A stretch of 18,814 nt of DNA from Verrucomicrobiota bacterium (GCA_033762115.1 JANRLX010000063.1:1-18814), one strand, 5' to 3'. Shown: positions 1 through 8,882, numbered from the stretch's first letter. A program made the numbers and translations. The notes: a model not told the origin generated them from the letters alone.

Positions 1-1
1 G

Positions 2-1567
2 GCGGCAGGCGTCGATCTCGACGGGCTTGCAGGCGGCGTCATTGCTGAAGATTTCACCAATGACGGATTGCTCGACCTGCTTGCTTCCGATTGGGACGTG
101 CAAGGCCAGCTGCATTTCTATCGCAACAATGGTGATGGCACATTCGAAGACCAAACGGAAAAAGCGGGGCTTACCGGTTTGACTGGCGGGTTGAACATGG
201 TCCAGGCGGACTATGATAATGACGGGCTGGTTGATGCCCTGATCCTTCGCGGGGCATGGTTGAACGTGGGGGGGAAATATCCCAACTCGCTTCTCAAAAA
301 TCGCGGCAATGGAGTTTTTGAAGATGTCACAGAGGCCGCTGGGCTCCTTTCATTTCACCCCACCCAAACAGCGGTTTGGTTCGACTACAATTCGGATGGA
401 AATCTTGACCTCTTTATTGGCAACGAAGGAGAAAAGAACAACCCCCACCCCTGCGAATTGTTCCGCAACAACGGCAATGGCACCTTTACCGAATGCGCCC
501 GGGAATCGGGAATGGATTTTAGCCTGTTTGTGAAAGGAGTAACCTCGGATGATTTTGACCTGGATGGGCGACCTGACCTTTACCTTTCCATTCGCGGTTC
601 CGAAAATAAATTGTATCGCAACGCAGGTCCCAAAACTCCCGGCGCGAGCCCTGATTCTCCCTGGCACTTTGAAGATGTCACCGCCAAAGCCGGGGTTGGG
701 GAACCGATTCTCAGTTTTCCCACCTGGTTCTGTGATTATAACAACGACGGCTGGCCGGACATTCTAGTCGCTGGCTACAGCCTCTCACGCGGTCCTGATG
801 TCGTGGCTGATTACCTGGGCTTGAAGCACAGCGGGGAGCGAACCCGCCTTTACCGCAATAATCGGGACGGAACGTTCAAGGATGTCAGCAAGGAAGCGGG
901 GCTTTACCGGATGATTTATGCGATGGGTTCGAATTTCGGAGACATTGATAACGATGGCTTTGTTGATTTCTACTTTGGAACCGGTGATCCCGATTTTGCT
1001 ACTTTGATTCCAAATCGGATGTTTAAAAACCAGGGAGGCACCAATTTTCAGGAAGTCACCACCTCCGGAGGATTTGGCCACTTGCAGAAAGGGCATGCGG
1101 TCGCATTTGCAGATCTCGATAATGATGGCGACCAGGACATTTACGAATCCATTGGCGGCGCATACACCGGGGACAATTATCGAAATGTCCTATTTGAGAA
1201 CCCCGGCACCACCAATCGTTTGCTTCACCTGAAGCTGGAAGGGGTCAGGACTGCCCGTTCAGCCATTGGCGCACGGATCAAACTGGATTTTACAGAGAAT
1301 GGCGCAGCTCGCTCGGTCTATCGGACCGTCAATAGCGGAGGCAGTTTTGGTGCGAATTCTTTCCGGCAGGAAATAGGGATTGGCAGGGCGAACAAGGCAA
1401 CGCTGGAAATCACCTGGCCAGTCTCAGGAACAAAACAGAAGTTCACAGACATTCAACCAGGCCAGCTTTACACCATCCGCGAAGGTGAAACAGATTTGAA
1501 AAGCGAGCCGTTGAAAAAATTCGAATTCAGCAGGAAAGCCTCACCGCACATCCACCAGCATCATTAA
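2..1567 (+). CDS. CRTAC1-family protein: FG-GAP/VCBS-like repeats plus C-terminal ASPIC/UnbV domain (5'-truncated by the window)
   Basis: Repeated DxDNDGxxD and xNxGDGTFxDVT motifs. The C-terminal AIGARI...SGGSFGANSFRQEIGIG...ITWP segment is typical of ASPIC/UnbV. The frame is open from position 2 (AAGVDLDGLAGGVIAEDFTNDG...), so the true start lies upstream of the window, not at 68. Confidence 0.9.
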   Translation, partial: AAGVDLDGLAGGVIAEDFTNDGLLDLLASDWDVQGQLHFYRNNGDGTFEDQTEKAGLTGLTGGLNMVQADYDNDGLVDALILRGAWLNVGGKYPNSLLKNRGNGVFEDVTEAAGLLSFHPTQTAVWFDYNSDGNLDLFIGNEGEKNNPHPCELFRNNGNGTFTECARESGMDFSLFVKGVTSDDFDLDGRPDLYLSIRGSENKLYRNAGPKTPGASPDSPWHFEDVTAKAGVGEPILSFPTWFCDYNNDGWPDILVAGYSLSRGPDVVADYLGLKHSGERTRLYRNNRDGTFKDVSKEAGLYRMIYAMGSNFGDIDNDGFVDFYFGTGDPDFATLIPNRMFKNQGGTNFQEVTTSGGFGHLQKGHAVAFADLDNDGDQDIYESIGGAYTGDNYRNVLFENPGTTNRLLHLKLEGVRTARSAIGARIKLDFTENGAARSVYRTVNSGGSFGANSFRQEIGIGRANKATLEITWPVSGTKQKFTDIQPGQLYTIREGETDLKSEPLKKFEFSRKASPHIHQHH

Positions 1568-2419
1568 TCACACAACGAGCACCGAATTTTCCAGGACCCC
1601 GATCCCGGAAATCTCAATTCGAACACGGTCACCCGCTGCCAGCGTGAACTGATCCGGAGGAACAACCCCGGTCCCGGTCAGGAGAACGGCGCCGTTTGGA
1701 AAAACCTGGCTGCGAAAAAGAAAGCCCGCCAGTTCCGTAAAGCTCCGCTTGATCTGACTGATCCCGGTTTCCCCTTGAAACACCACAGCGCCTCCCCTGC
1801 TGATCTGGACTGAAATCGTCCAGGCTCTCACTTCAGCCTCGGTCACGCCGATCCGAATGAACGGCCCGAGGGCGCAGGAGCGGTCATAAATTTTCGCTTG
1901 TGGAAGATACAAGACATTTTCCCCCTCGATGTCCCGGGAACTCATGTCGTTGCCAATGGTGTATCCAACAATGCTGCCAGACGGGCTCAGGATCAACGCC
2001 AACTCCGGTTCCGGAACATTCCAGGTGGCATCCCGCCGAATCCCCACCAACTCGCCCGGACCAACAACTTTTTCAGGAAGCGATTTGAAAAATATTTCCG
2101 GCCGTTCAGCTTCGTAAACACGGTCATAGGCGCTGGCGCTGATTTCAGATTCCTCCATCCGCGCTTTTTTGCTGCGAAGGTAGGTCACTCCCGCAGCCCA
2201 CACTTCCTGCTTCTCAACTGGCGCTTGAAATCTTACCTCCTGGAATGTGTGGCGCGGGAGGGAGGAAACCATCAGTTTGCCGATGGTTTCCGGCGATTTT
2301 CCCAAAATGTCAGCCAATTGCAGGATCCCGCTCCCCGTCAGGTCGATGACATGCTCCTCTTCCACGAGGCCGATGCGAACCTGCGGATTCGTTCCCTGAA
2401 GAAAGCGACAAATTTTCAT
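1568..2419 (-). CDS. Fumarylacetoacetate hydrolase family protein, similar to 2-keto-3-deoxy-pentonate dehydratases (KdaD/XylX-like)
   Basis: Motifs QEVWAAGVTY.RS..ARMEES, YDRVYEAERPEIFFK, VPEPEL, GYTIGNDMSSRDIEGENxLYLPQAK and LLTGTG. Confidence 0.88.
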   Translation of the reverse strand: MKICRFLQGTNPQVRIGLVEEEHVIDLTGSGILQLADILGKSPETIGKLMVSSLPRHTFQEVRFQAPVEKQEVWAAGVTYLRSKKARMEESEISASAYDRVYEAERPEIFFKSLPEKVVGPGELVGIRRDATWNVPEPELALILSPSGSIVGYTIGNDMSSRDIEGENVLYLPQAKIYDRSCALGPFIRIGVTEAEVRAWTISVQISRGGAVVFQGETGISQIKRSFTELAGFLFRSQVFPNGAVLLTGTGVVPPDQFTLAAGDRVRIEISGIGVLENSVLVV

Positions 2420-2423
2420 GCCA

Positions 2424-4253
2424 TTACTCGTAAATCATATCGGCAACAGTTTTGCCTGCCGGGATGAATGGAAGCACATGCTCGGTGTAAGGTGTGATCA
2501 CATCCAGAAGATAGGGTTGGTCGGAGTCGAGCATCCGTTGCATGGCCGCGCGAAGATCCTTTTTATAGATCACCCGCTCGCAAGGCACATTGAACCCTTT
2601 GGCGATGGTAATATAATCGGGATAAATCTGCTTCATGTTCTCCGGATCACCGAGATAAGTGTGTCCACGGTTTCCCTTGTAGAAGCGGTCTTCCCATTGC
2701 ACCACCATCCCGAGATGCTGATTGTTCAGGATCAGGGCTTTTGCGGCAATTTTTTCGATATGCGCCGTGGCCAGTTCCTGCACGTTCATGAGGAATGATC
2801 CGTCACCATCGATATCGATCACCTGTTTGTCCGGAAAGGCCACCTTCGCACCCATGGCCGCTGGATAGCCATAACCCATGGCACCGAGACCGGCGCTGGT
2901 TAAAAACTGGCGAGGGAAACTGTATTGATAATGCTGGCCTGCCCACATCTGGTGCTGACCGACGCCGGTGGTGATAATGGCTTCACCTTTGGTGAGTTCA
3001 TAAAGCAACTCAATGGCATATTGCGGCAGAATCACCTGGCTGGAATCTCCACCCATGAAATCCTGGACATGCTGTGACTTGAGAACTTCCTCATTCAACC
3101 GGTAACGCAACGGTGCCTTGGCCTTCCACTCGGCGATCTGCTGATGCCAGCCGGTAAACTTCTTCTGGATGGGCCGTGATTTCACCATCTGCACCATCCG
3201 TTGCAACGCATCTTTCACATCGCCAATGATCGGCAGATGGGCTGGCTTGTTTTTGTGGATTTCCGAGGGGTCAATGTCGAGATGGACAATGGTTCCACGT
3301 TCGCAGAATTTTTCCACCTTGCCGGTGACGCGATCATCAAATCGCACCCCAAAAGCCAGGAGCAGGTCTGCTCCGGGAGTATTATTGGCAGGATCACCGC
3401 TGACTGCCCAATTGGCGTAAGCTGCGCCATGCATTCCCAGCCATTTCAATGAAAGTGGATCGGTTTCAGGAAATGCGCCGCAACCCATGATCGTGGTCAC
3501 CACCGGAATCTGGGTGAGCTTGGCAAATTCGCGCAATTCATTGGATGCGTCCGCACTGATGATACCGCCGCCGCAATAAAGAACCGGCCGGTCCGCTTTT
3601 TCGATCAGCCCGATGATTTCGTTCAATGCCAGGTCATCGGCTTTGCGGGTGTCCGTATAGCCGCGAAGGCTCACTTCCTTCGGGAAAATCGGTTGTGTTT
3701 CGGCCTGCTGGATGTTCTTGGGAATGTCAATCACCACAGGACCGGGACGCCCGCTGGTGGCAACGTGAAAAGCCTCCTTCACAATCCGGGGAATTTCATT
3801 CACGTCCGTCACCAGATAACTGTGCTTCACAATCGGCAGGGTCATTCCGTAGAAATCGGTTTCCTGAAACGCTCCCTTCCCAATCATTGCCTGCGGTACC
3901 TGCCCGGTAATCGCAATTAATGGAATTGAGTCCATGAACGCATCCGCAATACCGGTCACCAGGTTGGTTGCGCCGGGGCCGCTTGTTGCCATGCACACGC
4001 CAGGTTTTCCGCTGGCCCGCGCGTACCCCTCGGCCTGGAAGGAGCCCCCCTGCTCATGGCGCGGGAGGATCGTGCGAATTTTTGAACGGGTCAGCGCCTG
4101 GTGCAGTTCCATGCTGGCACCGCCAGGATAGGCAAAAATATACTCGACTCCTTCACGTTCCAGCGCGGCAATCAGGATATCACTGCCTTTCATCCGGCGG
4201 CCCAACTCGCCACGTTCAGGTGCGGCGGTTTTTGTTTCTGTCGTGTTGCTCAT
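2424..4253 (-). CDS. ilvB: Acetolactate synthase (AHAS) large subunit, biosynthetic type
   Basis: Motifs [30 protein letters not shown]...[21 protein letters not shown] and GVGQHQMW, plus the ThDP-binding DGDGSFLMN...NN. Confidence 0.97.
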   Translation of the reverse strand: MSNTTETKTAAPERGELGRRMKGSDILIAALEREGVEYIFAYPGGASMELHQALTRSKIRTILPRHEQGGSFQAEGYARASGKPGVCMATSGPGATNLVTGIADAFMDSIPLIAITGQVPQAMIGKGAFQETDFYGMTLPIVKHSYLVTDVNEIPRIVKEAFHVATSGRPGPVVIDIPKNIQQAETQPIFPKEVSLRGYTDTRKADDLALNEIIGLIEKADRPVLYCGGGIISADASNELREFAKLTQIPVVTTIMGCGAFPETDPLSLKWLGMHGAAYANWAVSGDPANNTPGADLLLAFGVRFDDRVTGKVEKFCERGTIVHLDIDPSEIHKNKPAHLPIIGDVKDALQRMVQMVKSRPIQKKFTGWHQQIAEWKAKAPLRYRLNEEVLKSQHVQDFMGGDSSQVILPQYAIELLYELTKGEAIITTGVGQHQMWAGQHYQYSFPRQFLTSAGLGAMGYGYPAAMGAKVAFPDKQVIDIDGDGSFLMNVQELATAHIEKIAAKALILNNQHLGMVVQWEDRFYKGNRGHTYLGDPENMKQIYPDYITIAKGFNVPCERVIYKKDLRAAMQRMLDSDQPYLLDVITPYTEHVLPFIPAGKTVADMIYE

Positions 4254-4294
4254 AATTACTTATTTTATTCTGACTGGCGCAGTCGGGGCCAATG

Positions 4295-4328
4295 AAAAAC
4301 CCACGACCGTTTCCAGCCGTGGGTTTTT
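4295..4328 (-). terminator. Attenuator intrinsic terminator in the ilvB leader
   Basis: The minus strand reads AAAAACCCACGGC-TGGAAACG-GTCGTGGG-TTTTT: a GC stem followed by a U-run, 41 nt upstream of the ilvB ATG. Confidence 0.9.
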
Positions 4329-4342
4329 GTCGAAAGTGTTCT

Positions 4343-4423
4343 TTACCTGCGACAAGAGCCAGCGGCCTGGAGGCCTGCTACGGCTACCAGAGTTACTACA
4401 CTGACTTGTCCAGAGTTGCTCAC
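4343..4423 (-). CDS. ilvB attenuator leader peptide, 26 aa (MSNSGQVSVVTLVAVAGLQAAGSCRR)
   Basis: Hand-translated GTG...TAA ORF with clustered control codons (GTC AGT GTA GTA ACT CTG GTA GCC GTA; 5 internal Val and 2 Leu in total). It ends 14 nt before the terminator. Confidence 0.85.
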   Translation of the reverse strand: MSNSGQVSVVTLVAVAGLQAAGSCRR

Positions 4424-4432
4424 TAAGCGCAA

Positions 4433-4460
4433 ACAATACTGTGCCGTACTACCCGGTCAA
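4433..4460 (-). promoter_or_regulatory. Putative sigma70 promoter of the ilvB leader
   Basis: Minus-strand TTGACC (4460-4455), 16-nt spacer, TATTGT (4438-4433), ending 9 nt before the leader GTG. Confidence 0.6.
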
Positions 4461-4476
4461 GCGGCATTTTTGCCGC
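4461..4476 (-). terminator. Short hairpin directly after the oxidoreductase stop codon (possible weak terminator)
   Basis: GCGGCA-4 nt-TGCCGC inverted repeat 2 nt past the stop; it lacks a long U-tract. Confidence 0.35.
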
Positions 4477-4478
4477 TC

Positions 4479-5603
4479 TCAGGAAAGCGTAAAGGCAGGG
4501 AGTTTCACAATTGTGCCCCCTTTGAGCGCCGATTGGTGTGCGCAAAGACCCACGCAGGTCCAGTTTGCAGATTGAACCGCATTTGGCCACGGATCGCGCT
4601 CCTCAACCAGGGCCGTCACAAATTCATGGGCCAGGTGCGGATGTGAACCTCCATGCCCTGCTCCCTGGGTGAAGCTTAAATGGGTTTTCTTTCCAAGGTC
4701 GTAAACCCCCTTCGTGGTGAATTGGCGGATTTCCCTGGGCAGGCGTTTGGCATAATCCGGCGCTTTAACCAGTTTCGGGATTTTTGGTTCCGGCAATTTT
4801 GCCCGGTGCATCACCAAGGGTTCATGCTCGATCAATGGCCATTCCACAGAAACTTTTGAACCGTAAACGTCGATGCTTTCACGATATTGACGGGCCACAT
4901 CAAAGAGCGAGCGATAAATCCGAGCTGCCACATCAGAGTCCTTGAATTTGATATGGGTGGTCTCGACTGCGAACGGCGAATTGTATTTTTTGATCAATTC
5001 AGGGCGGACGGTGCCGGAACCGAAACAGGAGACATATTCAGCGGAAAGATCCAGCATGCCACAAACAGGTCCCACGCAATGGGTCGCATACCACATGGGG
5101 GGCAGGCCCGGCCAGTAATTCGGCCACCCATCCATGTCCTGCTGATGGCTCGCCTGGAGAAACTGGATTTTTCCAAGTGTCCCCTTTTCGTAAAGTTCCT
5201 TCATGTAAAGGAATTCACGGGCATACACAACGGTCTCCATCATCATGTACTTGAGACCGGTCTTTTTCTGGAGATCGACGATTTTTTTGCAATCTTCGAT
5301 GCTGGTCGCCATTGGGACTGTGCAGGCGACATGCTTGCCTGCTTTCAACGCGGCAATGGACATCCAGGCATGGTCGGGAATCGGTGAATTGATATGCACC
5401 GCATCCACCTCTGGATTTTTCAGCAACTCCGAAAAATCGGTGTAACGATGCTCGATCTCAAATGCGTTGCCGATATTATCCAGTTTCTTGGGATCACGCT
5501 GACAAATGGCGAACATCTCCGCATTCGGATGCCGCTGATAAATGGGAATAAACTCCGCTCCGAAACCGAGGCCAACGATTGCGATTTTTATCTTTTTATT
5601 CAT
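4479..5603 (-). CDS. Gfo/Idh/MocA family NAD(P)-dependent oxidoreductase
   Basis: N-terminal Rossmann IAIVGLGFG, VDAVHINSP..DH, and AGKHVACTVPMA, a variant of the EKP motif. Confidence 0.9.
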   Translation of the reverse strand: MNKKIKIAIVGLGFGAEFIPIYQRHPNAEMFAICQRDPKKLDNIGNAFEIEHRYTDFSELLKNPEVDAVHINSPIPDHAWMSIAALKAGKHVACTVPMATSIEDCKKIVDLQKKTGLKYMMMETVVYAREFLYMKELYEKGTLGKIQFLQASHQQDMDGWPNYWPGLPPMWYATHCVGPVCGMLDLSAEYVSCFGSGTVRPELIKKYNSPFAVETTHIKFKDSDVAARIYRSLFDVARQYRESIDVYGSKVSVEWPLIEHEPLVMHRAKLPEPKIPKLVKAPDYAKRLPREIRQFTTKGVYDLGKKTHLSFTQGAGHGGSHPHLAHEFVTALVEERDPWPNAVQSANWTCVGLCAHQSALKGGTIVKLPAFTLS

Positions 5604-5670
5604 GGTAGAAAGAGAGGCAGGAGATTAAGGCAACGTCAGAGGAAAGCAATTCGCATTGTGCAGGAATGAA

Positions 5671-6444
5671 TCAGCCGACCACGCTGCGCATATCCTGCAA
5701 GGCAGGGAATTCCCGCCGCCACTGCACCACTTTTTCCAGGTCCAGATCGGCGACAAGGACTGTTTCCTCCCGCCCTCCATCGACGATGATGTTTCCATGC
5801 GGATCGATGATAAGGCTGCGGCCGGAATAATTGTGTCGCGGATCGGTGCCGACGCGGTTGACACCGATGACATATGCCTGGTTTTCAATGGCCCGGGCCT
5901 GGAGCAACGTCACCCAATGTTGTTCCCGTTTACTGGGCCAGTTGGCAATCACGACAAATAACTGTGCGCCCCGGCGGACGGCGGCACGGAACACCTCAGG
6001 AAATCGAAGGTCATAGCAGATGAACGGCGCAACGGTAAAACCTTGCCATTGGTAAGTCACAATGGTGTCACCGCCAGTGTAATGTTCAGCCTCACCGCTT
6101 ATGGTGAACGGATGGATTTTGGCATAGCGACGGATTGCCTTTCCCTCGGTGTTAAAGATAACCGCTTCGTTCCGGCCCTTCCCATCTTCGCCGCGGGTGA
6201 CCAATCCGGCGATGATGTTGATTTCATGAAGGCGTGCGGCAGCACCGAGGAATGCCTCAGTTTTGGACGGGGACTGCTCATGAATCGCCTCAACATTCAT
6301 GCTGAAGCCGGAAGAAAACATTTCCGGCAGGATCAAAAGGCTGTTTCTGCTGGGGCGCAATTTGTCGATCAACGCCCTCACTCGGGCAAAGTTCGACTGT
6401 CGGTCCTCCCAATCTATATTAATCTGGCAGCAAACTACCTTCAT
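5671..6444 (-). CDS. Carbon-nitrogen hydrolase (nitrilase superfamily, omega-amidase/Nit-like)
   Basis: Catalytic Glu-Lys-Cys triad in LPEMF, YAKIHPF and ICYDLRFPE, plus ARAIENQAYVIGVNRVG. Confidence 0.93.
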   Translation of the reverse strand: MKVVCCQINIDWEDRQSNFARVRALIDKLRPSRNSLLILPEMFSSGFSMNVEAIHEQSPSKTEAFLGAAARLHEINIIAGLVTRGEDGKGRNEAVIFNTEGKAIRRYAKIHPFTISGEAEHYTGGDTIVTYQWQGFTVAPFICYDLRFPEVFRAAVRRGAQLFVVIANWPSKREQHWVTLLQARAIENQAYVIGVNRVGTDPRHNYSGRSLIIDPHGNIIVDGGREETVLVADLDLEKVVQWRREFPALQDMRSVVG

Positions 6445-6716
6445 ATCGGTCCAAACAATCCTCGGGACCAGGGAAAAGATCGTAATTTGGGAGAGATGTC
6501 ATCCCCCCGCTAATCAATCTCACCCAAACATCAGGACTCCCCTTAGCAAAAGGAGTGCCCAGAATTGAGGAATCGCAAATTTGCGAGAATTGACCACAAT
6601 TCATTCGCAAAAACTCAAAGGTTCCTTGAATTCAACCACTTTCACGTGGAAAGGGTGGCTGTCACCATCATAATTGGGTCCAGGGCCCAGAGCTTGAGCA
6701 GTTTGGCCCAAAATGC

Positions 6717-8108
6717 CTATTGCCCAACTGGTTTCATGGATACCGGGACTCCCTCCTTCGGCACCTCCAATTGTGCAGTCCAGATGATCGAGTTCAGGAT
6801 GAATTTCATGAATTCTTCCTGCGCCCAGTTTTTAAAAAAATGTCCCCCGGTGAAACCCACACCGCGTCCACCATCAGCACGTTGGACAGCCCATGCCACT
6901 ACATCAGATTTCGGTTGGCCCGAGCGGTCGATTTTCAAAAGCGGCGTCCATCGAGAATCGTTCTCTCTGAATTTCATGTTGTAATAGAACTCCTCACGCA
7001 TGGTGAACGGTTCAATGCCACGCACCGCAGGATGGATCGGTTCGACGGGGCGAACCTTGAAATCGCGCGTTTCAATGGTGGAAAACCATTTGTTGGCCGC
7101 AGGACCGGTTTCATAATCGAAAAAACCACCGACCCAATGCAGGAACTCTTCACCTCCATTCTTCACCGGAACAAAAACCGAATAATGCACAACGACAAGG
7201 CCTGCCCCGCGATTCATCTGCCCACGAAGGAATTCGAGGCGATTTGAACGAAGCAGCGGGTGATTGGCAACCCCGTGATCGGAACCGTCCGAAAAAAGGA
7301 GAATGGTGGCAGCATCGTTCAAATCTGCAGGATTATTTGGCCACCCATAGGTATGAAGATCGACCTGAAGTGACCCGCCAAATGAAGAGTGCTCAAGGGA
7401 GGATTTCACCAGTTGGAGGGATTTCTCATATTCATGTTCACCCGGCCCGTGGCTTTTGGTTCCGGCAATCAACGCGACCCGGGTTTTGGCGGGTTCGATG
7501 GTTCGGAGGGTGATTTTGCGAATTGCGGAAGCGGTCCCGTAGGCGGCAACACCAAGGGGTTTGGAGAGTTCGATTTCTCCAAAGCGGAGGCCGATTTTTC
7601 TGCCTTTGGTCTGAATACTGGCGTATTGCTCATCATCGATGAATGCCTGAATTGAATGGTCCGTGACGCGCACCTTGAACCGGTACCAACGGTCTTTTTC
7701 GAGTTTCATGTATTTGGTGGTTTCGTTTTCGCTGGCGTCCAATCCGTCAATGCTGGAGAGACCGACGACTGCCCCACCCCAACCGCCCGGGACGAAGGTG
7801 CAATGGGAATTGCCCACTGGAAAGGTGATGGCAGCAAAGAAATCCTGCCCTTCAATTTTGCGGGCCTCGACTTCCACTTCGTAATTGGATTTTGGGAGGT
7901 CAGCGATGTTGGTGTAATGAATGCCGGAAAGGGCCGCGCCCGCGTGCAGGATCAATTGCCCGTCCCGCAGCTCCTGCTCTCCATGTCCTGCAAAATCGGT
8001 GATGGCCCAGGCTGATCGATTGGTGCCATCGAACAGCAGTTTCTCAGCGGCCGTTGCAGGGAACTGTCCCCAAAAGATCAAAAGCAGAAGAGAGAGGAAC
8101 CGGTTCAT
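6717..8108 (-). CDS. Exported protein with an N-terminal DUF1080 (3-keto-disaccharide hydrolase-like) domain and a C-terminal ThuA-like domain
   Basis: Signal peptide MNRFLSLLLLIFWGQFPATAA. LFDG...W, NYEVEVEAR and RWYRFKVRV are DUF1080-like. LIAGTKSHGPGEHEY, HPAVRG...EEFYY and GGRGVGFTGGHF are ThuA-like. Confidence 0.8.
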   Translation of the reverse strand: MNRFLSLLLLIFWGQFPATAAEKLLFDGTNRSAWAITDFAGHGEQELRDGQLILHAGAALSGIHYTNIADLPKSNYEVEVEARKIEGQDFFAAITFPVGNSHCTFVPGGWGGAVVGLSSIDGLDASENETTKYMKLEKDRWYRFKVRVTDHSIQAFIDDEQYASIQTKGRKIGLRFGEIELSKPLGVAAYGTASAIRKITLRTIEPAKTRVALIAGTKSHGPGEHEYEKSLQLVKSSLEHSSFGGSLQVDLHTYGWPNNPADLNDAATILLFSDGSDHGVANHPLLRSNRLEFLRGQMNRGAGLVVVHYSVFVPVKNGGEEFLHWVGGFFDYETGPAANKWFSTIETRDFKVRPVEPIHPAVRGIEPFTMREEFYYNMKFRENDSRWTPLLKIDRSGQPKSDVVAWAVQRADGGRGVGFTGGHFFKNWAQEEFMKFILNSIIWTAQLEVPKEGVPVSMKPVGQ

Positions 8109-8263
8109 GGGAGGAGTTTAAAGAGAGGCGGCCCTTTAGGGAAGGGGGAACGCTTTTTAAAGTGGGATGCGATACCGGACATGATACTCAGGAAAACGAG
8201 TCAGCTCCAAGTTGTTCTTTGTAAGGATGTTACAGAATTTTCTTCATACTCTGCCGGGAATTG

Positions 8264-8363
8264 AAGTGGGAACAAGTGGGAAATGGTGGTCGCTGGCGTG
8301 GTGGGAATTGGGGGTTGCGGAAGGGTGAAACGTGCGGGAGAAAGTGGGAATAAGTGGGAAATG
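8264..8363 (+). repeat. Pair of 22-bp direct repeats built from 10-bp-phased GTGGGA units
   Basis: AAGTGGGAACAAGTGGGAAATG (8264-8285) and AAGTGGGAATAAGTGGGAAATG (8342-8363): one mismatch, starts 78 bp apart. Confidence 0.8.
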
Positions 8364-8635
8364 TAAGCAGGTATGTTCGCGGGAGATCGGGTGAAAGTTT
8401 CCATTTTAGAATAACGGGTCGCCATCACCTTGCTGAGGAGGGTCAGCCAATGGGAAGGAGAGCGGCGGGACTGCCGGGTGTGTCTTACGAATCTGAATAG
8501 GTTAATTTCTCTCCTTTTGGATCCCTGTTCACCCAGCGGTGCCATTGGGGGGCGTAGAAGCGGTAGTCGTAATGACGGTAAAGCAGGTTCCCCGCCGAAT
8601 CATAATCATACCCCAGCTTCTCATGCTCAGAACTC

Positions 8636-8801
8636 TAGAAGCCATCTCATAAATGTCCAAGCAGCGCCTTGCGGGGATTTTAACCGGCTGCTTCGTTGTT
8701 CCTCAGTTACAGATCGCTGCGGATATGCTCCTTCGTCGCGCCTCGCATCCGGCTAAAATCCCTGGCGATTCGCAAGTTGTCCATTGATGAGATGACTTCT
8801 A
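8636..8801. mobile_element. MITE-like / REP-like non-autonomous element
   Basis: 20-bp terminal inverted repeats TAGAAGCCATCTCATAAATG (8636-8655) and CATTGATGAGATGACTTCTA (8782-8801) with 2 mismatches; the outermost TA could be a target duplication. A nested 18-bp inverted repeat lies at 8674-8691 / 8745-8762. No transposase is present. Confidence 0.75.
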
Positions 8802-8853
8802 ATCGCACATTCCGCAATTTTCTTCCAGTTGCTGAAACGTAACATATATTTCG

Positions 8854-8882
8854 TTGACCAAAAGACACCGTAAGCATTTACT
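8854..8882 (+). promoter_or_regulatory. Possible sigma70 promoter for the toxin locus
   Basis: TTGACC, 17-nt spacer, TTTACT, about 130 nt upstream of the ATG at 9016. Confidence 0.4.

Noticed and set aside
1898..2467. 189-aa + strand ORF, and the other antisense or alternate-frame ORFs nested in the long genes
   Set aside because: They are shadows of well-supported genes and carry no recognisable motifs.
4254..4478. T-box or riboswitch upstream of ilvB
   Set aside because: I found no T-box consensus; the leader peptide and alternative hairpins explain the region.
8264..8363. Possible mini-CRISPR array
   Set aside because: Only two 22-bp non-palindromic units with internal periodicity, a 56-bp spacer and no cas genes.
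8201..8545. 114-aa minus-strand ORF with a repeated ISHLFPL
   Set aside because: Low-complexity Pro/Thr/Ser sequence with no family motif; the peptide repeat is explained by the DNA direct repeat. It is not fully excluded.
8430..8756. 108-aa + strand ORF
   Set aside because: It runs into the MITE-like inverted-repeat element and shows no transposase or other protein features.
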